Of a stretch of 47,418 nucleotides of DNA, positions 17,883 to 27,371 are shown one piece after another (within the stretch, counting starts at the first letter, position 1; the number at the start of each line of letters is the position of its first letter). Under the pieces are notes generated by a model. That model saw nothing but the letters and a program-made list of their open reading frames with translations. It had not been told where the DNA came from and searched no databases. This DNA is from Planctomycetota bacterium (GTDB taxonomy: Bacteria; Planctomycetota; MHYJ01; JACPRB01). Both the position numbers and the translations under genes were made by a program. The stretch spans positions 1 to 47,418 of the forward strand of contig JACPRB010000095.1 in NCBI GenBank assembly GCA_016190155.1, in the 5' to 3' direction.

Positions 17883-17941
17883 GGACGCGGAGGACGCAGC
17901 GCGGCGACCACAACCGAACTCGGGGATCCTCCGTTTTCCGT

Positions 17942-18043
17942 CCGGAGAATACGATGAGGAAGCCAGGAAGCCAGGAGGAAGACCGAAGGATAGGACGACC
18001 GACTTCCTTTCCTGGTTTCCTACCTTCCTCAGAGATACTCCGG
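17942..18043. repeat. AGGAAGCC-based imperfect inverted repeat (MITE-like hairpin)
   Basis: Left arm ccggagaatacgatgaggaagccaggaagccaggaggaag pairs with right arm cttcctttcctggtttcctaccttcctcagagatactccgg. Confidence 0.75.
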
Positions 18044-18263
18044 CGACTGGCCTGGAGGTTCATGAAGAATCTTGTCGTAGCACAAAGACTTGCCCGATTA
18101 GCACAGCAGAGATTCCTTTCGAAAACGGACGCAACCGCCTGAGATCGGGTCGGTTGCCCGAGCACCCCGGAAGATCTTCGCGGCGCGAGAAGATGTGGAT
18201 TGTGAGTAGTGCGGGGGGACGGAAGCGGGAGCAGGGAAAGGGCGAAGCGGCGTGGGGTGCTGA

Positions 18264-18302
18264 GAACCTGGGAACGAAGGAACGGAAGAACGGGGGAACG
18301 GG
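18264..18302. repeat. Octamer-period GAAC repeat (5 units)
   Basis: GAAC at 18264, 18272, 18280, 18288 and 18296, abutting a stop codon. Confidence 0.7.
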
Positions 18303-19565
18303 CTAAGGCGATGGCGCGGCCGGCGGAGGTTCGGGGGCGGGGGCTTGCGTGGAATCGCCCGGTCGGAACAGCTCTCCCAGCCGTTCCAGGATGACCTCAC
18401 GCGTGAACGGCTTGACGATGTAGGCGCGGGCGCCGCTGCCGAGGGCGAGCTGCGCCGTCTCGCGGCTGGCGTCCGTGGAGAGGACGATGATTGGGGCGGG
18501 CGTGTTTTCGGAGAGCCACGTGCAGAACTGGAAGCCGTCGCTGGTGCTGATGCCGATGTCGAGGATCACGCAATCCAGTTTGCGGCCCTCTCCGATGACG
18601 GCCAGGGCTTGGCCGGCCACTTCCTCGATGACGTCGAAGCCTCCCTCGCGCAGGATGGCGGCCAGGATGCTGCGATACTTGAGCATCTCGCCGAGCAGGA
18701 GGATAGTGCGTCGGCCCGAAGCGCCCGGGGCGAAGGCCGGCGCGGTGGGAGCGGGTTGAAGCGCGGCGGGGGCGCCGGCGATCGGGAGTTTGACCTTCGT
18801 GGTCTCGGCGCGCAAGCTGACGGTCGTTGCGCTCTCGCGGTCGAAGATGCGCACGTACCCCTTGGTGGCCAGCAAGTACATCGTCCGCAGCGCCTCGAAC
18901 CTGGGATAGAGCGAGCGGCGGATGACCTCCTCGATCGAATAGCGCCCCGTGATTTGCGAGTAGACGGCGAGGGCCAAATTGGGATCGTCCCCGGCCGTGG
19001 CGGCATCGAAGGGACGCGTGGTCTTCATGGCGATCATCTTCTCGCTTCGGATGACCTTCATGATCTGCTGGATCTCGTCGGCGCGTCGCGCGGCCTCCAG
19101 CATGATCGTGGTGGGGTTGGCGTCCAGAATGGCCTCCGAGAAGGGGGAGTCCGATTTGACGGACGGAGCGCCTTCCACGAATTCGAAGCAGGCGTCGGTC
19201 CACGTGAACAAGTCGTAGATCTCCTCTTCGACCTGCTCGCGCAGCGCGCGGTCGATGTCCTTCTTGGATACGAGCCCGAGTTTGCCGACGATCTCTCCCA
19301 ACTTCTTTCCCGTGCGCTTCTGCTCTTCGAGGTACTGGTCCAGCTGTGGACGGGTGATCTTCTTGGTGCGGATCAGGATTTCGCCCAGGGAGCTCGTCCG
19401 GCGGCTGGTCGTCATGAGGAGTCGTATTCCCGTGGGGCAGAGGTAGATCGCCTTCTTGTGGTCTCCCTGGGAGATCGTCAGGACGCCCTCACGCGCGTTC
19501 TGGCTGAGGAATTGAAGCAGATCGGCGATGCTCAGGACGCCGACGTCTCCTTGCAGTTTACCCAT
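18303..19565 (-). CDS. DUF4388-like domain plus MshEN-like repeats plus C-terminal receiver domain
   Basis: LQGDV..LSIADLLQFL....EGVL; SLGEIL/KLGEIV repeats; EAARRADE; REC with ILD, LS and KPF. Confidence 0.8.
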   Translation of the reverse strand: MGKLQGDVGVLSIADLLQFLSQNAREGVLTISQGDHKKAIYLCPTGIRLLMTTSRRTSSLGEILIRTKKITRPQLDQYLEEQKRTGKKLGEIVGKLGLVSKKDIDRALREQVEEEIYDLFTWTDACFEFVEGAPSVKSDSPFSEAILDANPTTIMLEAARRADEIQQIMKVIRSEKMIAMKTTRPFDAATAGDDPNLALAVYSQITGRYSIEEVIRRSLYPRFEALRTMYLLATKGYVRIFDRESATTVSLRAETTKVKLPIAGAPAALQPAPTAPAFAPGASGRRTILLLGEMLKYRSILAAILREGGFDVIEEVAGQALAVIGEGRKLDCVILDIGISTSDGFQFCTWLSENTPAPIIVLSTDASRETAQLALGSGARAYIVKPFTREVILERLGELFRPGDSTQAPAPEPPPAAPSP

Positions 19566-20351
19566 CTAGCCTTGCGCCTGACCCTTCTGCCGCGTCGGTA
19601 CGGCGAGTGTGACCGTCGTTCCGGAGAGGGAACGCACCTTCGCGAAGCCGCCGGCGATGAGCGCGTAGACGGCGCGCATGGTGGCGAACCGAGGATAGAT
19701 CGAGTATTGCACGATTTCGCGCACGGTGCAATTGCCGTCGATCAGCGGCAGGATGGTGCGGGCGGTCTCGTTGACGTCTCCCAGGGCCTCCGCCCGGATC
19801 GGTTCTCCGGTCAGCAAGACGATCATTTCGTCGTTGACCAGCCGGCGGATCTGGCGCAGCTCGTCCTGGCGGCGCGCCGCTTCCAGGACGACGTGGGTGA
19901 TGGTGACGTCGAGGGTCAGCTCGGCCAGCGGGTTGTCGGCTTTTTCGCGCGGCGGTCCCTCCTGGAACTCAAACGTCGCGTCGGGCCACATGAACAGATC
20001 GAAGATCTCCTCTTCGACCTGCTCCTGCAGGGCTTCCTCCAGGTCCTTCCGTGTGATCTTGCCGGTGTCGATGGCGATCTCGCCGAGCTTCCAGCCGACG
20101 AGCCTCTGCTCTTCAAGGAGGGCTTTCAAATCGTCCACGCTGATCTTACGCCGTCGCAGGAGGATCTTGCCCAGGCGATTGATCTGCTTCATGGTGGTCG
20201 AGAGCAGGCGGATGCCGTGGGGGCCGAAGTAGATCGTCTTACGTTCCGTGTCTCGGGACAGCGTAAGGACCCCTTCACGCCCGTTCATGGTGAGCGCTTG
20301 CAGGAGCGTGCCCAGGCCCAGGATTTCTACGTCGCCTCTGAGGATGCCCAT
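19566..20351 (-). CDS. DUF4388-like domain protein with MshEN-like repeats (261 aa), paralog of downstream gene
   Basis: ATG 20351 MGILRGDVEILGLGTLLQAL; RLGKIL/KLGEIA; EQVEEEIFDLF.W; EAARRQDE. Confidence 0.8.
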   Translation of the reverse strand: MGILRGDVEILGLGTLLQALTMNGREGVLTLSRDTERKTIYFGPHGIRLLSTTMKQINRLGKILLRRRKISVDDLKALLEEQRLVGWKLGEIAIDTGKITRKDLEEALQEQVEEEIFDLFMWPDATFEFQEGPPREKADNPLAELTLDVTITHVVLEAARRQDELRQIRRLVNDEMIVLLTGEPIRAEALGDVNETARTILPLIDGNCTVREIVQYSIYPRFATMRAVYALIAGGFAKVRSLSGTTVTLAVPTRQKGQAQG

Positions 20352-20953
20352 GATGCGGGAGGCCTCACCTTGCCGTCGGCAAACAGGCGGACCGCTTCGG
20401 GGTAAGCGATGCATTCCTCGCGGAAGACCCGTTCCGCCAAGGCGTCCGGCGTATCGCCGGGCAGGACCGGCACCTTCCGTTGAAGGACGGTCGGTCCGTG
20501 ATCGTACCGGTTGTCGGCGAAGTGGACGGTACAGCCGGATTCGCGCGTTCCGGCGGCCAAGACCGCTTCGTGGACGCGGCGTCCGTACATCCCCTTGCCT
20601 CCGAACTTCGGCAGAAGGGCGGGATGGATGTTGATGACCCGTCCGAGATACCGCGGCGGGATGTGAAAGAGGCTGGTGAAGCCCGCCATCAGAACCAGGT
20701 CCACTTCGGCGCGATCGAGGATGTCGGCGACGGCTTTGCTGAACGCCTCGACGCTTGGATAATCCTTTCGGGGCACGATTTCCACGGGCAGTCCGTGGCG
20801 ACGCGCGCGCTCGATCCCGACAGCGTTGAGGCGACTGGAGACGACGACGCGGATGCGGGCGGGCAGCTCCCCCTTCTCGATGAGGTCGATGAAATTTTGA
20901 AGCGTCCGGCCGGTACCGGAAAGCAAGACGGCGAGCCTCAGAGGAAGCGTCAC
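20327..20953 (-). CDS. purN: Phosphoribosylglycinamide formyltransferase
   Basis: LSGTGRTLQ, LMAGF, INIHPALLPKFGGKG, GCTVHF, YDHGP; TACAAT 6 nt before GTG. Confidence 0.95.
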   Translation of the reverse strand: MTLPLRLAVLLSGTGRTLQNFIDLIEKGELPARIRVVVSSRLNAVGIERARRHGLPVEIVPRKDYPSVEAFSKAVADILDRAEVDLVLMAGFTSLFHIPPRYLGRVINIHPALLPKFGGKGMYGRRVHEAVLAAGTRESGCTVHFADNRYDHGPTVLQRKVPVLPGDTPDALAERVFREECIAYPEAVRLFADGKVRPPASWASSEAT

Positions 20954-21007
20954 ACCTGAATTGTACCAGAACGCGACGGCGAGGTGCCAAGGTACGGAGT
21001 ATTCTCG

Positions 21008-23782
21008 CTACGCATTGATCGCCGCCGCGCAGCGCGCGCAGAGCGTCGGGTGCTCGGCGTTCCGGCCGACCGTGGGGCGCAGCGCCCAGCAGCGCTCGCA
21101 TTTCGCGTGCGGGGATTTCTTCACCCGGACGTGAAGCCCCTTGAAGGCCTCCGATTCCTCGCCGATCGGCGCGGGCATGACGATCACCTGCGAGACGATG
21201 AACAGCTCCTCGAGATTGGCCGAGAGCAACGCCGCCTGCAGATCCGCGTCCTGCGCGTGGATCTCCACTTGGGCCTCGAGCGACTTGCCGATCTCGCCCG
21301 CGGCCCGCAGGCGCTCCAGCCGCCGATTCACCTCGTCGCGTGCCCGAAGGAGCTTCTCGAACTTGGCCAGGAGGGCGGCGTCGGGAATCGGGCGCGCGGG
21401 CCAAAGGGCGAGGTGCACGCTTCCGGCCTCCTTCGATCCCGGAAGGTGTTCCCAGACTTCTTCGCAGGTGTGCGCGAGGATCGGGGCGAGCGCCTTGACG
21501 AGCGTCATCAGAATCTCGTGCAAGGCCGTCTGCGCCGAGCGGCGCTCCCGCGACCCGGCGGCGTACGTGTAGAGCCGGTCCTTGAGCACGTCGAAATAGA
21601 CCGAGCTCATGTCCACCACGCAGAAGTCGTGCAGGCGGTGGAACGTCCGGGAGAACTCGTAGTTCTCGAAATGCTTCGTGACGTCCGCGACGACGGAGGA
21701 GAGCTTCTCCAGCGCCCATCGATCGAGTTCCAGCAGTTCGTCGGCCCGGACTCGGTCGCGCGACGGATCGAAATCGTGGAGATTGCCCAGCAGGTAGCGG
21801 AACGTGTTGCGGATCTTCTTGTAGGGATCCGCCATGCCCTCGAGGATCTCCTTGGAGAAGGGGATGTCGTCCGTGAAGTCGATCGAACAGATCCAGAGGC
21901 GCAGGAGATCGGCGCCGATGCGGTTGACGATCTCATCGGCCCGGAGGAGCCATTTCTCGCCGGGGGCCGACTTGGAGATCTTGTCCTTCGTGCGCGCGTC
22001 CACGAGGAAGCCGTGCGTGACGACGGTCTTGAACGGCGCCTGTCCGTTGGACAGCAGGCTGGCCAAGAGCGACAGCTGGAACCACCCGCGGTGTTGGTCG
22101 GTTCCCTCCAGGTACAGATCGGCCGGGAAGTTCAGGTCCGGGTGCTTCATGCAGACGGCGCGATGGCTGGATCCGGATTCGAACCACACGTCGAAAATGT
22201 CTTCCTCCTTGCGGAATTCGGCGCCGCCGCAGTGCGGGCAGCGGAAGCTCTGCGGAAGGATCTCCTTGGCGGATGTGGTGAACCAGGCATTGGCTCCGCC
22301 GACGGCGAAAAGGGCCTTGACCGCGCCGAACGTGGTCTCGTTCAGGATCTCCTTGTTGCACGCGCCGCAGTAGAAGGCGGGGATAGGCACGCCCCACGTG
22401 CGCTGGCGGGAGACGCACCAGTCGGGCCGCTCTTCGAGCATGGAGCGGATGCGCTTCTCGCCCCAGGCCGGCACCCATCGCGTGCGGCCGACGGCTTCGA
22501 GCGCGCGCCGGCGGCCGTCGGCGTGATCCACGGCGATGAACCACTGCTCGGTCGCGCGGAAAATGACGGGCTTCTTGCAGCGCCAGCAGCACGGGTAATC
22601 GTGGGTGAACTCGGCGTCCTTGATCAGGACCCCGCTCGCGCGAAGGTCCCCGATGATCATGCGATCGGCCTCGAACACCTGCAAGCCGGCGTAGCGGACC
22701 GCCTCCTTCGTGAAATGTCCGGACTCATCGACGGGCGAGAGGATGGGCAGGTTGTACTTGAGCCCGGTCTCGTAGTCCTCGGCGCCGTGGCCCGGGGCGG
22801 TATGGACGAGCCCCGTGCCGTCGGAGACGGTGACGTAGTTCGCCAGGACGACGGGGCACTCGTGGTCGAAGAGCGGATGCTTGTACTTCCAGCCTTCCAG
22901 TTCCTTGCCCGTGATCGTGCCGACGGTTTCGCCGATGGCGAAGAGCTTGCGGCACTCCTCGATGCGCTGGGGCGCGATGACGCCGCGGCGCTTGCCGCGC
23001 GCGCCTTCGTAGTCCACGATTGCGTCTTCGAGCTGGGGGTGCGCCGCGACGGCGACGTCGGCGGGCAGGGTCCAGGGCGTCGTGGTCCAGACCAGGAGGT
23101 CCTGGGCTTCGCTGCGGCCGACGAGCTCGAAGGCGAGATAGATCGAGGGCGAGGGGAGCGCCTTGTATTCCAGCTCCGCTTCCGCCAGGGCGGTGCGGTC
23201 GAAGGGGCACCAGCGGATGGACTTGCGGCGCCGGTACACGTGGCCGCGCTTCCAGAGCTCCTCGAAGACCTCGACGATCGACAGCTCGTACGTCGGATCG
23301 AGCGTCAGGTAGGGACGTTCCCAATCGCCGAGCACGCCGAGCGACTTGAACTGTCGGCGCTGGATGTCGATGTAGTTGCGGGCGAACTCCTCGCAGAGGC
23401 GGCGGATCTCCGCCTTTTCGGCGGTCTTGGCTTTGGGGCCGAGTTGCTGGAGGGCTTTCTGTTCGATCGGCAGGCCGTGGCAGTCCCAGCCGGGGACGAA
23501 AGGCACGAGGCAGCCCTGCATGGTCCGGAACTTGACGACGACGTCCTTGAGGACCTTGTTCTGACCGGTGCCGACGTGGACGTCGCCGTTGGCGTATGGC
23601 GGGCCGTCGTGAAGGATCCACTTGCCTCTCGGGGAGCCGCGCCGGGCGGCGAGGATTTTCTCGTAGAGGTGTTCGTGTTCCCAGCGCTCGCGGATGCGAG
23701 GCTCCATCTTCGTGAGGTTGGCTTGTTGGGGGAAGTCGGTCTTGGGGAGGTTGATCGTGTCCTTGTAGTTCTTCGTTGGCAT
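21008..23782 (-). CDS. ileS: Isoleucine--tRNA ligase (type 1)
   Basis: DGPPYANG, GWDCHGLPIE, WTTTPWT, GTGLVH.APGHG, DQHRGWF, C-terminal CERC...CARC zinc finger. Confidence 0.97.
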   Translation of the reverse strand: MPTKNYKDTINLPKTDFPQQANLTKMEPRIRERWEHEHLYEKILAARRGSPRGKWILHDGPPYANGDVHVGTGQNKVLKDVVVKFRTMQGCLVPFVPGWDCHGLPIEQKALQQLGPKAKTAEKAEIRRLCEEFARNYIDIQRRQFKSLGVLGDWERPYLTLDPTYELSIVEVFEELWKRGHVYRRRKSIRWCPFDRTALAEAELEYKALPSPSIYLAFELVGRSEAQDLLVWTTTPWTLPADVAVAAHPQLEDAIVDYEGARGKRRGVIAPQRIEECRKLFAIGETVGTITGKELEGWKYKHPLFDHECPVVLANYVTVSDGTGLVHTAPGHGAEDYETGLKYNLPILSPVDESGHFTKEAVRYAGLQVFEADRMIIGDLRASGVLIKDAEFTHDYPCCWRCKKPVIFRATEQWFIAVDHADGRRRALEAVGRTRWVPAWGEKRIRSMLEERPDWCVSRQRTWGVPIPAFYCGACNKEILNETTFGAVKALFAVGGANAWFTTSAKEILPQSFRCPHCGGAEFRKEEDIFDVWFESGSSHRAVCMKHPDLNFPADLYLEGTDQHRGWFQLSLLASLLSNGQAPFKTVVTHGFLVDARTKDKISKSAPGEKWLLRADEIVNRIGADLLRLWICSIDFTDDIPFSKEILEGMADPYKKIRNTFRYLLGNLHDFDPSRDRVRADELLELDRWALEKLSSVVADVTKHFENYEFSRTFHRLHDFCVVDMSSVYFDVLKDRLYTYAAGSRERRSAQTALHEILMTLVKALAPILAHTCEEVWEHLPGSKEAGSVHLALWPARPIPDAALLAKFEKLLRARDEVNRRLERLRAAGEIGKSLEAQVEIHAQDADLQAALLSANLEELFIVSQVIVMPAPIGEESEAFKGLHVRVKKSPHAKCERCWALRPTVGRNAEHPTLCARCAAAINA

Positions 23783-23805
23783 GGGCTTTTCAGGGAGTGG
23801 GGAGG

Positions 23806-23834
23806 ATCCTAGCGGAGCCGGGGGAGCAAGTCAA
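23806..23834 (-). promoter_or_regulatory. Sigma70-type promoter of ileS
   Basis: TTGACT, 17 nt, TAGGAT on the minus strand. Confidence 0.65.
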
Positions 23835-23853
23835 TTCTTCGAAAAGGACTTGC
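23826..23853. promoter_or_regulatory. Spaced palindrome GCAAGTC-N14-GACTTGC
   Basis: Perfect 7-bp arms overlapping the ileS -35 in a divergent intergenic region. Confidence 0.45.
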
Positions 23854-23911
23854 GGACTTCGCATTAAAAATGTACAACAGGGGAGGTGCGGGCAGGCCTG
23901 GAGGGGTGGCT

Positions 23912-26017
23912 ATGCGGGAGCCCGAGGGTCGGGTGTGGCTGCACGCGGACAGAGTCTTGCGCTGTCTCGTCGCCGCCGTCTGGGTCGTGACGGTCGCTTG
24001 CGGCGGGGAAAAATCGTCCAGCCGGCAAGACCCCGCCGCCTCTTCGCCGGCGGAACCGCCGCCGCCCCCCTCCAACGTGATCAGACTGAATCAGGGCCAA
24101 ACATACGGGGCCATGACGCTGGCGACGTCCGACGTCGTTCTTGACGGCCAGGGCGCATGGATCATCGGCGCCGCGTTCGGCGATCCCCGCAATTTCACCG
24201 GCACGGGCATCAGGGTCGCGGGCGTCGCCAACGTCATCATCCGCAACGTCAACGTACGGGGCTTCGAGACGGGACTGCGGGTCGCGGACAGCTCGAACGT
24301 GCTCGTGGAGGGATGCAACTTCTCGGACAACTTCCACGATCCCTCGTTCGGGTGGGGAGAGAACGGCCGGCGCGGCGGCATCGTGATGGAACGCGTCACG
24401 AACTCCGTCCTTCGCAACAATCGCGCGAATCGCGTCTGGGACGCGTGCGTGCTGGTCGATTCCGACGACAACACGATCGAGAACAACGACTTCTCCGTGA
24501 CGTCCGACACGTGCCTCAAGATGTGGACGTCGTGCCGCAACACGGTGCGCGACAACAACCTCAGTTACGGGATCCGGATCAGTCCCGGCGAGGTCCATGC
24601 GCGCGATTCGTGTTGCGTGCTGATCGAGAGCGGGTCCAACGGCAACACGTTCCTCAACAACAACGCCACGCACGGGGGAGACGGCTTCTTCCTGCGCGGG
24701 ATGAACCGCTGGGTCAGCACGGGGAATTATTTCGAGGGCAACGACGCGTCCTACGCGAACAACAACTGTTTCGAGTCGTGGTGTCCCGGCAACACCTACG
24801 TCGGCAACACGGCGAATTGGGGGAGTTACGGTTTCTGGATGGGCGCCTCCAACAAGACCGTGCTCATCGGCAACGAAGCCGCGTATAATGGACAGCCCAG
24901 CGGCAACGACAACGCCCCCGAGCCTGGATTCGGCTTCGGCGGAATCGTCATCGTGAACGATCCGTCCGCCCACGTGTTCGTGTCGCAGAACAATTGCCAT
25001 CACAACAACGGCGGGGGCGTGGTCCTGCGCGGGGACATGGCGACCGCCGGCGGCAAGTACAAGGCGCGCCACTGGATCATCCAGCAGAACACGCTGGAGG
25101 CGAACCGGTGGGGCATCTACATGCAATACGCCGACTGGGTCAGCGTGGCCGCCAATACGTATCTCAACAACACGATGGGGACCGTGGCCAACGTGGGCGG
25201 CGTCACCAATCTGACGATGTATCCCGACAATCTGTCGGTCACGCAGAGTCCGAACGTCGTCCTGGAAGGGCCGTCGATCGTTTCCGCCGGCGCCGCGTTC
25301 TCGATGAGCACGGAGAAGACGGTGGACCCGGCGGGATTGCCCCTGACGTTCCGGTGGGATCTCGGGGACGGGACGATTTCGACGGCCGCCGATCTGACGC
25401 ACGCGTACGCCGCCGCCGGTTTCTACCGGCTGGGCTTGACGGTGAACAACGGGTCGCTCTCTCAGCTGGCGTATCGGGACATGTACGTCTTGGAGAACGT
25501 CCCTGAAGTCGGGACGGACGGGGCGGCTTCGTTATGGGCGCTCGCGGACGAGGGGTTCGGCTCCGTGCCGACGTTCTCCAACGATACGACCGTCGCGCTT
25601 CACGGCGGTTCCTCGATCAAGGCCGTCATCAAGCCGTACAGCGGGAGTCGCGTGCATCTGCAGTATCCGAGCACGCAGTTCGCGGGGATCAGTCTGGCGG
25701 GGAAGACGCACGTCGTGTTCTGGATCAAGCATCAGAATCAGAATGTATGGAGCTGGCAGGACACGAATCCGACCGTTCGGCTCTATCAGACCGGAGGGCA
25801 GTCCCGCATGTTCACTCCGACGTCCGATCTGCTCCACAATCCGCCATACGTGGAAGCGTGCGAGGGCTGGCTCTACGTGGCGATCCCGCTCGCGGGCGGG
25901 AGCGGATGGACGGTCTCCGGATCGGCGTTATCCACGGTCAACTGGATCCGGATCGGCGTGGACTCGTGGGAGTACGAGCCGATCACGGTGTGGGTGGACG
26001 GGTTGGGGTTCAGGTAG
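23912..26017 (+). CDS. Putative lipoprotein with right-handed beta-helix (NosD/pectin-lyase-like) repeats, PKD domain and C-terminal beta-sandwich
   Basis: Lipobox-like VTVAC-GG; Asn-rich 'N.I.NN' repeats; PKD motif WDLGDG...H.Y...G.Y...LTV. Confidence 0.8.
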   Translation: MREPEGRVWLHADRVLRCLVAAVWVVTVACGGEKSSSRQDPAASSPAEPPPPPSNVIRLNQGQTYGAMTLATSDVVLDGQGAWIIGAAFGDPRNFTGTGIRVAGVANVIIRNVNVRGFETGLRVADSSNVLVEGCNFSDNFHDPSFGWGENGRRGGIVMERVTNSVLRNNRANRVWDACVLVDSDDNTIENNDFSVTSDTCLKMWTSCRNTVRDNNLSYGIRISPGEVHARDSCCVLIESGSNGNTFLNNNATHGGDGFFLRGMNRWVSTGNYFEGNDASYANNNCFESWCPGNTYVGNTANWGSYGFWMGASNKTVLIGNEAAYNGQPSGNDNAPEPGFGFGGIVIVNDPSAHVFVSQNNCHHNNGGGVVLRGDMATAGGKYKARHWIIQQNTLEANRWGIYMQYADWVSVAANTYLNNTMGTVANVGGVTNLTMYPDNLSVTQSPNVVLEGPSIVSAGAAFSMSTEKTVDPAGLPLTFRWDLGDGTISTAADLTHAYAAAGFYRLGLTVNNGSLSQLAYRDMYVLENVPEVGTDGAASLWALADEGFGSVPTFSNDTTVALHGGSSIKAVIKPYSGSRVHLQYPSTQFAGISLAGKTHVVFWIKHQNQNVWSWQDTNPTVRLYQTGGQSRMFTPTSDLLHNPPYVEACEGWLYVAIPLAGGSGWTVSGSALSTVNWIRIGVDSWEYEPITVWVDGLGFR

Positions 26018-26118
26018 GGCATCCCGCGGGAAACGGCCGTCAAGGCGCGACGAATCGCATCGCAATGCCGCAATGCAATGACGTTGCAATAGGTGGACGG
26101 CTCTGGTAAAACCCGTCC

Positions 26119-27369
26119 GTGCCGCGCAAGGAGACGTCCCTGGCGGGGGGCAACCCGGCTTTCCCGCGCACGCAATGGTCCGTGATCGCGATCGCCCAGG
26201 CGGGCGATCCGCAGGAGCGCCGGCGCGCGCTCGAGGGGCTGATTGCGGCCTACTGGAAGCCGGCGTATTACTTTTTGCGCGGGGGTGGGTACGCGATCGA
26301 AGATGCCAAGGATCTCACCCAGGGGTTCTTCGCGATGCTTCTCGAGAAGGACGTGTTGGAGGGGGTCTCGCGCGGAAAGACCGCCTTTCGGACGTTCCTG
26401 CTCGTGGCCCTGAAGCGATTCGTCTCGAAGGAACGCGATCGCGCAAGGGCCCTCAAGCGCGGCGGAGGGCGCCGCATACTCGGGCTCGAGTTCGACTCGG
26501 CGGAGCGGGAGTTCGGGACGGGGTCGGCGTGGCCCACCCCGGAGCAGGCGTTCGCGCACTCGTGGTATCGCTCCCTGTTGGAACGTGCGATGGCTCGATT
26601 GGAAAGGGAGTGTGGCGATTCCCGGCCTCATGCGCGGCTCCTGCTCGAAGTGTCGCGGGCGGACAAGCCGCGCATCTTCCAGGACCAGTTCGCCGTCGTG
26701 CTGGAACAGGCGGAGCTTTCGGTGGAGGGAGAAAGTCCGGAGAAGATGGAGGTGCGTTGCCACATTACGTTCGCCTGGGAACCCGGCAATCGGTTTGTGG
26801 GTCTCACCGAGAAGCTCGATTCTGCAAGGGATGATCGAGGGCGCTCCTGGCTTGGTTGGGTGGCGATGCCTCCCCTGACGGGCTCGTGGGTGACGCACAA
26901 GACGTTCGTGCTTGGTCCCCGGTTCGATCCGGACGCGAAAGGGGTCTCCCGACTGAGCGGGCATTTCACTTTGAGGGTCCCCGAGGAGTTTTCGGTGGAA
27001 CAGATCGTGGATCTCCATTCCGATAGCTGGGTAGAAGCCGGTTTTGTTCAGGCGCGGATTGGGCGTGACGAAACTTCCGAGAATCTCACCTATCGGATCG
27101 AGTTCCGTGCTCCGGCGTGGCCGCACTTTCGGCCTGACGATACGGGTTACCGTGTGATCGACGACATGGGTACGATGCACGTGGGTCAGGGAGCGAGGTT
27201 CAGCCATGATGTCCGTACGCGCGTGCAAGCGGCGGTCGTCGGCTTTCAAGTCCCCGCGGACACGAAGGTCAAACGACTGTACCTGATAGCGCCGCGCACA
27301 TGGCGCACGGTGGAGGTACCGTTCGAGTTCAAGGACGTCGCGCTTTCTCCCGCTAAGGAGCCCAAGTAA
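26119..27369 (+). CDS. ECF sigma-70 region-2 domain fused to an unrelated beta-rich C-terminal domain
   Basis: FPRTQWSVI, YWKPAYYFLR..G...EDAKDLTQGFF, FRTFL, ALKRGGG; no recognisable region 4 after 'AMARLEREC'. Confidence 0.7.
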   Translation: MPRKETSLAGGNPAFPRTQWSVIAIAQAGDPQERRRALEGLIAAYWKPAYYFLRGGGYAIEDAKDLTQGFFAMLLEKDVLEGVSRGKTAFRTFLLVALKRFVSKERDRARALKRGGGRRILGLEFDSAEREFGTGSAWPTPEQAFAHSWYRSLLERAMARLERECGDSRPHARLLLEVSRADKPRIFQDQFAVVLEQAELSVEGESPEKMEVRCHITFAWEPGNRFVGLTEKLDSARDDRGRSWLGWVAMPPLTGSWVTHKTFVLGPRFDPDAKGVSRLSGHFTLRVPEEFSVEQIVDLHSDSWVEAGFVQARIGRDETSENLTYRIEFRAPAWPHFRPDDTGYRVIDDMGTMHVGQGARFSHDVRTRVQAAVVGFQVPADTKVKRLYLIAPRTWRTVEVPFEFKDVALSPAKEPK

Positions 27370-27371
27370 GC

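Noticed and set aside
18062-18142. 26-codon ORF MKNLVV... after GGAGG
   Set aside because: Its codon usage is atypical and it lies among repeats; there is no other support.
20984-23812. 942-aa + strand ORF and other long antisense ORFs (7317-9677, 9379-11712, 18345-20405, 30654-32549, 38871-40535)
   Set aside because: These are shadows of well-supported genes on the opposite strand. They are Arg/Pro/Ala-rich with no motifs, as expected in high-GC DNA.
26052-26090. GCAAT repeats upstream of the chimeric ECF
   Set aside because: Only two exact 8-mers and irregular spacing.
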